DNA of 64,000 nucleotides from Marsupella aquatica (taxonomy: Eukaryota; Plantae; Marchantiophyta): positions 3,831,659 through 3,895,658 of the forward strand of contig OZ316895.1 of NCBI GenBank assembly GCA_973895155.1, in the 5' to 3' direction. Position 1 is the first letter of the stretch, and each line of letters begins with the position of its first letter. Of the stretch, positions 9,707 through 21,472 are shown in pieces. Under the pieces are notes generated by a model that saw only the letters and a list, made by a program, of their open reading frames with translations, was not told the origin of the DNA and did not search any database. Both the position numbers and the translations under genes were made by a program.

Positions 9707-12401
9707 ACGCAAAAGTCTAGGGAGCGAGAAACAACAACAATGAACAGTGAACTCGAGACTGTGGGCGCCGACACTAAGGAAGGACTAATTAGGGTATTGT
9801 TTTAGCATAACCCTAATAATAGCCTAGCGACAGGAAGGTTCCAGATGATCTCCGTACACTCCACCATCGACTGAACAAACTATGCAATCGTGAAAAAAAG
9901 ATTACCAGATTCCTTTTGATTTGCCGTACTAAAGGAGATTTCTATTTGATCGCCAATTTGAAATTTAAACCGGTAATTATGCAACTGCGAAAGATTGTTA
10001 GTGGGGACCCCTGGATCCGGATCCGTATCTTCACTATATCTGCCAATTCAAATCCAAAATGTGAATGAATGACAACTTTCTCACGATCGTTCCATCACGT
10101 AGTGGAGGTGAACTTCAAAATCATTCCATTTTGGTAGTGGAGACCGTCGGATCCAAATCCGTACTCCACTCTCTATCTTGCCAATTCAAACCCTTACTCT
10201 AAACAACGTAAAACGATTCTCACGGTCGGGGAGAACCGATATTCAAAATCAATCCTGTACAATGATTCTCACGACTGGAGACTCAACCAATTTTCAAAAT
10301 CAAAATCGAGTCCAAATGAACACATCCTCCATGGAGTCAATAGACTGATCTCATTGCTCACGGATCATTCTTCATTTTCAGTTTCTCCTGACCAGGATAC
10401 TAGCTGGGCTCTCAGCGGAGGCTGATCCAAGGCACATTTGAGGTGGAGCAGATTGGATCATTCGACTATTCCAATCGGAGGCGGAGCTCATACAAGCAAC
10501 GCTAGCGCAGCTCTTGTTGTATCACCTTCAATCTTGGGGAGAGCACATCCGATCAAGCAGGAGAGTTGCGACGAAGCGAGACGACAAACATTTAGAACCT
10601 CCATAGTCTGCCTCATTCATCGAAGCATTCTAGCGGACCAACAAAGAGCAGCTATTCTGAAATCACAGTCTGGTCAAGGATTTTGATCTTGATACGATCA
10701 ACAAGTTGTCATTCTCTGGTGGTGGGATTTGATCACGATACTCAAGGAAATTGGAGTTTGAAGGAGGAGGCTTAGTTGGCTGGGACGAGGAGGCTACGTT
10801 GGAAGGAAGAGGCTTGGCTGGGAGGAGGGTTTCCGCCAACATCGGAGGGTTGCCGCCAACATTGCTGAGACCACACGCAACTGAATAACTTGTAAGTATC
10901 AATCAGCATTAATTCCGCAATAAATGAGGAGAGTAGTTGCCTTAAATCACGCATTCAATGCATGAATTGAGTCAATGAAGTTATGGTCCAATTTCTCACT
11001 CCGATTTTGATCAATCTGTGTTTCAAGTCCAATACAGAAGCAATATATCAGAAGTACTAGTAGAGGATCCGAATGAATTCTCTAGTCTAAAATTGTATGG
11101 CGTACGCGTATAGTTGTCCGTACGTTTTGCTATTGTTTATTGTAGTCGACGGCCTAGCAAAACGAAACGTAATCGAGGTCCATTTTTCAGATCTTCCTGA
11201 TCTCAACTTGTTAGTAGGATGACCTATTTTTTGGTTACACATGTAGTTCGTCATGCGCACAGTCGTGTGAACCAATCTATCTCGTGTCTTTTGATATTGT
11301 TTATTGTAGTCGACAGCCTAGCAAATTGGCCAGCAATCTATTTTAAAACCAACGTCTTCGTTTCATCACGCGCACGGTCGTGTTAATGTTTTAGAGGTCA
11401 GCGAAAGCTCTGCACTCTTAGATGTAATCGCCCTTTATTTCTCAGATCTGCCTGATCTCAACTTGTTAGTAGGATGACCTGTTTTTGGTTACACATGTAG
11501 TTCATCACGCGCACAGTCGCGTGAACCAATTTATCTCAGGTCTTTTTGATATTGTTTATTGTAGTCGACAGCCTAACAAATTGTCAGTCAGAGGAATCTC
11601 GATTTTTCCTTGATTGCAAAAATGGTTACATCGATCCCGAAGGACTTCGGATGTGGACTCCATATCCACTAGCACTATCCAGGAATTTAAGCTACACAGT
11701 ATCTATAACAAGTTCTAACTTGAACTACACTTGAATTTGTAGTTCTAATCTTTGACTACTCAAAATATTGTTGACTTTGATCGAGTCAGTCATTCCAAGA
11801 TGAAGGCATCCACTCATCGGTGTCTGGTGTGGATTCCCTTGAATCCAGAAATTCTTCCTTTGCCCAAGTCCTAACGTCCATAGATTTTCTCGGCTTGCTC
11901 TTTCTGTGATACAAATCAGAATCTTCGTTCATCTCTAATTGCCTTTTCTTTGGTGTGTCCACTTTCTTGGCCTCCTTCTTGACTGTCTTAGCATCTGCTC
12001 ACTAGAAGAAAACAGGGCCCTTTATGACCAATCACCCAATGACAGAGATGAATAAATGACCAAAATTTCTAATGACACAAAAAGAATGACAGGGGAATGA
12101 CTATCCACAATGACCAATAGACTGAAATGACAAAATGTTAACTTTTGCGTCATTTTGTATAATGTCTGTAATGACTGATGCGACCAAAATGACCCAATTT
12201 TCCTAAATGGTCAATTTAGACACGTGTCTTAAATGACGCAAATAATAACAACAATGATAAATCAATGTTTAGCAACATTATAGTCACTCTAGACAATGAT
12301 AGAAATGACCAAAAATCTATTTAGGTCATTTTGGACAACGGTGATAAATGACAAAAAATGTATTACCGTCATTTTAACCAACGGTGTTAAATGACAAAAT
12401 A

Positions 12402-12830
12402 TAGGGTCAATCTGAAAATGAGAAATAATATATAAGTGTTTACAATAACATATTGTCATTATGGACTCCTCCCATAAATGACTAACTCTAGGGTCAATCT
12501 TGAAATTAGGACATATCAGTGTTTACAAGAACATACCGTCATTATGGACTTCTCTCATAAATGACTAACTCTAGGGTCAATCTTGAAATTAGGACATATC
12601 AGTGTTTACAAGAACATACTGTCATTATGGACTTCTCTCATAAATGACTAATTCCATAGTCATTCTTGAAATTAGGATATATCGGTGTTTACAATAACAT
12701 ACAGTCATTATGGACTTGTCGCATAAATGACTAAATATAGGGTCAATCTAAAAATTATGATATTCAATGTTTACAATAACATACAGTCATTATGGACTTA
12801 TTGCATAAATGACTATTTATAGAGTCATTA
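12402..12830. repeat. ~83-bp tandem repeat x5 in the CACTA left subterminal region
   Basis: Unit tagggtcaatcttgaaattaggacatatcagtgtttacaagaacatactgtcattatggacttctctcataaatgactaactc starts at ~12402, 12489, 12572, 12655 and 12738. Confidence 0.9.
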
Positions 12831-12919
12831 AAGAACCCAAGAGATATGAAAATTAAAATACTCAATAGTCATTCCAGACACCGGTCATAATTGTAGAGTC
12901 ATTGATATGGTTGATAACC

Positions 12920-15900
12920 TTTCCACTAAGTGCGAGACACAATACTCATCATTGTCCTCCCACTAGTTGCGGATTAGCAATTTGAACACATGTCTTGCAT
13001 TTACTTTAGGCATGATGCACCTAGCTTTGGGGAAATCACTCCCAAGTCATACACCTTTGGAGTGATTTTCCAGAACTGTCACCATATATAGATGCGCGCA
13101 TACTATCGTATCCAAAGGCAAATGAAACTTTTTTGTCTCTCCAAGAAGTAGGGCAATACCAATGGAAGGTTGTCAACCTTTGTTGTAATTGTGTCATGTT
13201 TGTGCCTTTGTTTGGATGGGGAATATTCTATTTTGCAAATGAATAGTGACAGGGCAATGAAGGATGTAGTGTAATCTTTATTGGGTCATTTTTAGACAAA
13301 TTTGTGTCATAATGCCAATGACTACAAGTAGAGTCATTAAACTGTCATATGGTATGTCATATCAGTCAAGTGACGAGACTTGTGGTCATTTGTGTGGTCC
13401 CTCATGCAGTCATTAAACACAAGCACAAATGACCAGTTTGGGGCTAGGGGCTGGAGATGGGGCCTAGAGTGCAATGGGGCCCCACATAGAGGTGAGAACC
13501 CCTCCACTAGGTGCAGGACACTATACTCATCATTGTCCAACCACTAGTTGCGACATAAACACTTTGGACACATGTTTTTGCGTTTACTTAAGGCATGATG
13601 CACCTTTGGGGAAATCACTCCCAAGTAGTATGACTTTGGAGTGATTTTCCAAAAGTGTCACCATGCATGCATACCATCACATCCAAAGGCAAATAAAAGT
13701 TGTTTTTTGGTTCCCCAAGAGGTAGTGATGCACCAATGGAATGGGCAAGGGAGTCGTGCTTCTCAGTATGGTGTGGGTGCGGGTTTAGCAAAGAGGAATA
13801 TTCCAATCTTGCAAGGAATCTAGAGTTGGCTCTAGTTGGAGGTACTAGGGCCTTTATTGGCTCATATGTGAGCAATGGCCCGTCATAAATGCCAATGACT
13901 AAAAGTAGGGTCATTAAAACTGTCATATGGAGTGTCATATCAGTCTAATGACTGGATTTGTGGTCATTTGAGGGGTCCCTTATGCAGTCATTAAGGAAAA
14001 GCATAAATGACCAGTTTGGGGCTAGGGGCTTGAGGTGGGCCCTAGAGTGCCATGGGGCCCCACATAGAGGTGAGAACCCCTCCACTAGGTGCGGGACACT
14101 ATACTCATCATTGTCCAACCACTAGTTGCAACATAAACACTTTGGACACATGTTTTTGCATTTACTTAAGGCATGATGCACCTTTGGGGAAATCACTCCC
14201 AAGTCGTACGACTTTGGAGTGATTTGCCAAAAGTGCAACCATGGATGTATACCATCCCATCCAAAGGCAAATAAAAGTTGTTTTTTGGTTCTCCAAGAGG
14301 TAGTGTTGCACCAATGGAATGGGCAGGGGAGTCGTGCTTCCTGGTATGGTGTGGGTGCGGGTTTAGAGAAGAGGAATATTCAGACCTTCCAAGGAATCTA
14401 AAGCGGGCTCTCTTTGGAGGTACTATGGCCCCCATTGGGTCATTTTTGCGCAAAGTTGTGTCATAAGTGCCAATGACTACAAATAGGGTCATTGAAATTG
14501 TCATTTAGGATGTCATATAAGTCAAATGACTGGACTTGTTGTCATTTGAAGGGTCCCTAGTGCAGTCATTGAAGACAAGCCTGAATGACCAATTTGGGGC
14601 TAAGGGCTGGAGGTCGGCGCTAGAGTGCCATGTAGACCCACATAGAGCTCGCAACCCCTCCACTATGTGCCAAATACTATATTTACGATTCTCCAACCAC
14701 TAGTTGCATCATTAGCACTTTGGTCTCATTTCTGTGTTTACTTAAGGGATGATACAATCTTGGGGAAATCACTCCCAAGTCATACAACTTTGGAGTGATT
14801 TGCCAAAAGTGTCACCATTGATGCATACCATCCTATCCAAAGGGAAATGAAGCCATTTTTTGTTTCTGCACGAAGTAGCGCAACACCAATGGAAGACTAT
14901 CATCCTTCCATGTAATTGTGTCATGTTTGTGCCTTTGTTTGGATGGGGAATATTCTATTTTGCAAATGAATAGTGACGGGGCAATGAAGGATGTAGTGTA
15001 ATCTTTATTGGGTCATTTTTAGACAAATTTGTGTCATAATGCCAATGACTACAAGTAGAGTCATTAATATTGTCATATGGTATGTCATATAAGTCAAGTG
15101 ACTAGACTTGTGGTCATTTGTGTGGTCCCCCATGCAGTCATTAAACAGAAGCACAAATGACCAATTTGGGGCTAGGGGTTGAAGGTGGGCCCTAGAGTGC
15201 CATGTGGCCCCACATAGAGGTGAGAAATTCTCCACTAGGTGCGGGACACTATACTCATCATTGTCCAACCACTAGTTGCGACATAAACACTTTGGACACA
15301 TGTTTTTGCGTTTATCAATGCATGATGCACCCTTGGGGAAATCACTCCCAAGTCATACGAATTTGGAGTGATTTTCCAAAAGTGTCACCATGGATGCATA
15401 CCACCGTATCCAAACGCAAATGGAGCCATTTTTTTGTCTCTCCAAGAAGTAGTGCAACACCAATGGAAGGTTGTCATCTTGTGATGTAATTGTGTCATGT
15501 TTGTGCCCGTATTTGGATGGGGAATACTCCATTTTGCATATGAATAGTGTCGGGGCATTGTGAGTAGGTGTTATAATCTTCATTGGGTCATTTTGGAGGA
15601 ATAGTGTGTCATTAATGCCAAAGACTGCAGTAAGGGTCATTTTGGCCGTCCGTTTGGAAGTCATTTGTGCCAAATGACTCCATATGGGGTCATGATAGAG
15701 GTCCCTCATGGTGTTATTATGGACCATAAAAAATGACCCTTTTGGGTCTAGGAGCTTAATGTGGCCCTAGTGTGCCATGGGTCCCTACATGAAGGTGGCA
15801 ACCACTCCACAAGGTGCGGGGTACTATACCCACTATTCTCCAACCACTAGTTGCACCATGAGCACTTTGGAGCCATGTTTTTGCAATTACTTAAGGGATG

Positions 15901-16400
15901 ATCCAACATTGGGGAAAATCACTCCCAAGTCATACAACTTTGGAGTGATTTGCCAAAAGTATCACCATGCATGCATACCATTCGTTCCAAAAGCAAACAA
16001 ATTATTTTTTTGTCTCTCCAAGAGAGATATAGTGCAATACTAGTGGAAGACTATGTCCTTCTATATAACTATGTCATGTTTGTGCCGACATTTGGATTTT
16101 GGATATATTCTATTAAATTTCAAAGGAATTGTAAGGGGGCACTCTGAGAGGCAGTATACTCTTTATTGGGTCATTTTCACATAATATCTGTCATTAATGC
16201 CAATGACTACAATAAGGGTCATCTTGGTAGTCATATTGGAGGTCATTTGAACAATTGACTGCATATGTGGTCATTAATGAAAACACCTCAAATTAGGGTA
16301 ATCTTGGTTGTCATACTAGAAGTCAGAAGTACCAAATGACTGGAAATGTGGTCTTTACAAAGGCTATTGGGGGGTTCTCTTTGGAGGTACAAGGGAGTTC
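12920..16400. repeat. ~578-bp internal satellite, ~6 diverged copies
   Basis: The anchor ccactaggtgcgggacactatactcatcattgtccaaccactagttgc recurs at ~12920, 13500, 14078, 14657, 15230 and 15805. ggggaaatcactcccaagtc(a/g)tac..tttggagtgattt is present in each unit. Confidence 0.9.
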
Positions 16401-19400
16401 ATTGGGTCATTTGAATTAAATGGTGCTTCAATCTGAGGACTAAACATGGGGTCACTCACGCTGTCATATTGGAAACCATTAATGTTGGCATATTGGAGGT
16501 CATATAGTCATGGGAAGGCTCACTTGTTAATGCTTTGGTGTAATGCTCTCAAAAACTTTTAGACAACATAGCCTCATATGTAGTGGTCATGTAGCATGTA
16601 AGGGGCCCGTGAAGTGGGCCCTAGACGAGGGTGTTGGCAAGGGCATGTACAAAAGTACACATACTATACATATGTCTATATGAAACTAATAGTTGCCCTA
16701 TAAATGTGCTTGAGTCATGACTGAGGGTTTCTCTTGAGGTTTCTCTCAATTGAGTCACGAGTGGAAAGCTATTAAATGCTAACATTTGGATGAGTATCAC
16801 TATCATATGGTGAGACTAATAAGGTAGTCCAAAATTGTGTTCATGCATGCATATATTTTTGCAGACATAACCTATCACTCAAAAACCATGGCCGGTACAT
16901 AGTTAATTACACTAATGTAATCCACAACACCCTCACCTCCCATGAAGGATTAATTTGTTTAAATGAGGGGCGGGTTATGGGTTTAGGGTCAATGTGATTT
17001 TGAGCCATAACTCTAGAGCACCAAGTTAGAAAACCAAGGTTTTCCCTTGGTCCAAAAGGACCTTTTATATTGCGGGCATCATTTTTTATATATAACATGC
17101 GTCCTTAACATTCTTGTTGGCACCTACACAAACAGCCATGACCTTTAGGGCTCTCTTTAAATTGGATATACCATAACCTTCATTGGGTTTTTTGCAAACC
17201 AATAATGGAGAGGTATTAAGTTTATAACCTAGTGGAGAGGTATTAAATTGTCCAACCTAGTGGAGAGGTATTAGATTTTTGGCACCTACACAAGTGCCAA
17301 CGGCTGAGATCACACCCTAGATCATACAATCAACATCGTGCTCCAATTCCCGCATTCTTGTAGTAGGCCCTCGGAACAAAAGTGGTCGACAAATCTGCAT
17401 TGGAGGTGCACAACGGCAAATGTCGAGTCGAGCACAAGTTGTGAAATGTAGGGTTTTTGTGGTTGAGGTGCGCGTTTTCATCAAAGGAATGTGGCGGTGG
17501 GCAATGTGCATGGAGTGCGGGGCGCACTTGAGTTCAGTTGCGAGTTGAGACAGCTTTGTGGAGTGCGCACTCCGTTTCTTCCCACAAACTGTATCAGGGT
17601 GCTGCGCGCGGTCAGGGGAGTAGGAAAGCTTAGGGTGAGCCGGTAGGACTTGGGAGCTACTACCACGGAAGAGCTCCAATCCATTGTTGCAGTGTCGCGC
17701 AACATTGCAGAGCATTTGGCGTTAACGTTGGAGCTATATGTCTCAGAAAGCTGCCAAGGGCGACGATGTGCGATCGATGATAACCAATGGGTGAGGAGGA
17801 GACTTGGGACAATACATTACGAAGGAGCTGCGGGAGGCTACCTCAGCGAAGGGCGACAAGCTGTGATTGGTGATAACCTGCGGGTCATAAGCTGCGAGCT
17901 CGGCTGCGAGGAGTGGTTTAGGGTTCATTGGGAAGGAGCTGCAAGCTATGATTGGGGTAACTAAGCTACAGAGGAGTGGTGGAGCTGCGGGAGGTCACAT
18001 TGGTGGAGCTTCGAGAGGTCACAGCAGGCAGGATCTGCGGGAAGAGCTGCAGGAGGTCTCACCGTTCGTCAGTGTGCTGCGGGAGCTGCGGGAGGTTACA
18101 TCGGGAGCTACGGGAGGAGAAACGGGAGCTGCAAGAGGTTGTGCTCTTCTTCCCCTTCAATCTGGCTATGTTTCATAGTTTCAATTTACTCTTTCCTTTT
18201 GCCATGCTACCCCTGCCTTCTTGCTATGTTGCTCTATTGCTCTGTTTCTCCTCCTGCTTAGCATACATTTTTTGTGTTTGCTATGTTAAGTTCCGAACCC
18301 TTCGATTGCCACGAGACTATTACCTCAACCTCTCAGTCCCTCTCTAGAGCTCTCTCTGTGATTGCTCGAGGTTGCACCAGTTCTTCCGAGTTTTCCATTT
18401 TGGCTGCTGTTGATTTCCGACAGTCCCTATCAATTGTTTGATTGTCATTTTCCCTCTGAATGGTACTGCTTGAGTTCCAACACCGAATTGAACAAAAACG
18501 TGCTCATGTCCTTGGCAGGAGTTCTGCACGACCTTAGACAGTCGTCCCCTCTCATGTGGTGTGCATAAGTTGAAGTGGATAAATCTGTAATTCTAAAAGC
18601 CACCTTCTGCCTGAACTTGTCACCAAAATTATGAGAACCTATTTTTCTAACAGTCCCTTCACATAAACCATGCCCTTTTCCATTAGACCCAATTCTTGTC
18701 GGAGACGATCGATTTGTTCGTCATTGCCTTGGATTATAACATCAGTCGATCATTCATCATCAGCTACCACCAACTTTACTTATATCTGCTCCTTTTGTGA
18801 TGCTCTCGTCCAATAATAGAATCCTTTGAGTAAACGAATGAAGAATGTTGTTAGAACGGCATACAATAAGCATTGAGGCGTACACGGGAAGGACAAGATT
18901 GACCCTGTTCAATGCTTGAGTGGGCCAGGATTGTTTCTGCCTAAGTGGAAGGCTGGTCTGTTTAATGCTGCCTAATTGAACATAGAATCTGCTAGTAAGT
19001 TCATGGAGTTTGGCAATGAATGTTTCATTGGCAATGTTTGTTGTGTTCGTTGTGTTCAGTGGGCCGGAATGTCTTACAAAATTATACCCCACTGTCCACA
19101 AAGTCCAAATGGAGAATTTGCCATCAAATGATTTTAGTCGTTTACTTCAAACAAATAAATTTTGTTACAGAGAATGATCCAGAAGAAGTCTTGTCACATT
19201 AGGAGAGTACTAACCTTCCTAGACCTGACGCAACTTGGGATGGATCATCGCCTGGGTATCTCCCGCTTTAGACTCTGGGTAGAATTTCCCGATGCTATGC
19301 AGGGACAAGGTGAGAACTTTATTCACAGCCTTGACCCATGTTTACTTCATGCCTCTACATGATTTCATTGTGTGATTGTTTTGAAGTCGTAGCCGTGGTG

Positions 19401-20228
19401 AAAAGCTGGTCTATAAAAATCGAATTCAGGTTGCTGCTGTATATAAAGCGCAGCAGGATCAAAACTAGAAAACTGTCCCAGCAAATTTTGTAGCTCTCAC
19501 TACTTGAATATATAAATTATTTGCCCTGATCGGTCTTAGCCTGCTGCGCACAAGGCAGGCAATGAAACAAGTCTGTCCATTTTAAAACTTGAGAACCCGG
19601 GTTCCTCACTTCTTTTCTTCCGACCCATCACGCGCGAATAAGTATAGGGTTTTTTTATTGGGTTTAGTGAAATACTTTTAAATTTTTGTTGAAGAACATT
19701 AGGGTTATTTAAATCCAATTTTGAGAATTATAAGAATCATAGGGTTTTTTTAAATCAAATATGGGAATATTCTTGGAATATTCCATTAAGTTATGGATAA
19801 AACAATTCCTAAAAAAAACTTTATTGACTTAACTTTTAGGGTGTTTATTCCCCCAAAACTTCGAGCGTGATATGAGACACCCCTTGGATTGAGGCCCCCG
19901 AGCTTGAGAACCAATGCTTTGCTGAAACTCAATTGCTATTTGTTCTGTGTTGCCCTTACAGATTTAAAAAAGGCAGGGTGAGTGAGCACTGCTGGACAGA
20001 AGGCGAAGGCATACAGGTTGCAATATTTGTGATTGCTTCCAATCATAGGCCAAGGTTATTTGCGTTGCTCAGTCCTAGTGCTTTGCCATCCATAAAGCAT
20101 TGGTTTATGCTGCTCCCTTGTGGTTACATGTCATATTTTATGCTGCACCCTCATTCTTTTGTGTCATGTTGCACCCTGTTATTCCTTCTTGTTTCACAAT
20201 CTGATGTAGGGTCTGAGTGTGCAGGACC

Positions 20229-20888
20229 ATGGCTCGCAATAAGCAGAAGGCCATGAATCGTTGCAGAGGTGAATCCTCTCAAGCACCTCAATTGGCCTTA
20301 TATTCAGACATTGAGATTAACCAAAATAGTCCACATGTATGTGCGATTTGTGATGAGGGAGGGGATCTCATTGTTTGTGATGGGCCTTGCCACCGACATT
20401 TCCATAAGAATGTTTCCTGTCCTTTGGGTCAGCAATGGCTATGCCCAACTATATCCCTGGCTGATGGCCATGTTGGAGAATGGCTTTGTGTTGATTGCAA
20501 GAATGATGAACATTCTTGCTTTAAGTGCCATGTGTCTGGAAAAATTGGTGAAGAGGTAAGAAAATGTCCAGACCCTCTCTGTGCCCGGTTTTACTGTCGG
20601 CAGTGTTTGGTTTCTGGCACAGCATCATGTGGACTCCATATTTGTCTTACTTGTGGACAGGGGCCCAATGATGGGGCTAATGGCTTTTTGGTTCAGTGCA
20701 TGAGGTGTCCTAAGGCATGGCACAAGGACTGCCTGTTGTTTATCCAACAGAGGGGATTTGCCCATGATCGAACAATTTGGGATCACTCAGCGCATGGGCA
20801 GCCCAAGAAGGGGATGTTTTACTGTCCTGACCATGACATTGACCCTACACTAGGCACTCCTGCTAGGAGCCACATATCTTGGATTTGA
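20229..20888 (+). CDS. Stand-alone EDM2-like composite PHD-finger protein carried inside the CACTA element
   Basis: Intact intronless ORF from ATG 20229: CAICDEGGDLIVCDGPCHRHFH...CVDC...CFKC...CPDPLCARFY...CGLHICLTC...CMRCPKAWHKDCL...IWD...FYCPDHDIDPTLGTPARSHI. As I recall the EDM2 PHD region (CAICDNGG..CEGSCLRSFH / CRRCPKSYHRKCL / IYCQEHEID..LLTPVRDH), the two are colinear. Confidence 0.85.
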   Translation: MARNKQKAMNRCRGESSQAPQLALYSDIEINQNSPHVCAICDEGGDLIVCDGPCHRHFHKNVSCPLGQQWLCPTISLADGHVGEWLCVDCKNDEHSCFKCHVSGKIGEEVRKCPDPLCARFYCRQCLVSGTASCGLHICLTCGQGPNDGANGFLVQCMRCPKAWHKDCLLFIQQRGFAHDRTIWDHSAHGQPKKGMFYCPDHDIDPTLGTPARSHISWI

Positions 20889-21472
20889 TTGAGGCTGGAT
20901 GGAACACAAACTTGAGATAGAGCTTTTTGATGGTTTCACGTGGACTTAAACAATTTTCAGAGTGCTAAAACATGTGGACTATTTATATGCAGTTTGATGA
21001 ACTCCTCATGTATACACACTCTACGACAGTGCATTGCGGATTGAGGCAATTAATTTTGAGAAATCAACTTTACTATCTTTTCCAGGGTAGGATTCCGATT
21101 TTCATGCATGTGCTTTGAGTGTGATGTCTAAACTTCACTTGTAAATTTGTCACTGATGTCACAAACGTTACTTATTCCAGACCTGTCTGCTCACATTCCT
21201 AATAGGCAAACAAATATTGGAAATGATGAAGGCACAGAGATTTACGTTCATAGTATCATTCTGATGACACTGTATGTGATGCTCTATTTGTATGCAAGAA
21301 GGAGAAGGTGCCTCACTACAGTGGATTTGAGAAACTGGGCTCTGTGGGTTTGAGCAATTGGACTGTGGTTGGCATCGGTTGTACAACTGTGACGGTAGGC
21401 CCAATTTTGTATGCATGTCACACTGATTCAGTTTGAAAATCATAGTTTGAATACAATTTCAATCAAGCTAGC

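Noticed and set aside
9382-9805. Ala/Leu, Arg/Ala and Arg/Ser/Cys ORFs
   Set aside because: Artefacts of a stop-free simple repeat.
10400-10954. Possible further minus-strand cargo gene
   Set aside because: Only short fragments with many stops and no recognisable motif.
13337-16147. Recurrent short ORFs
   Set aside because: They are translations of the 578-bp satellite, and their frames are not conserved between units.
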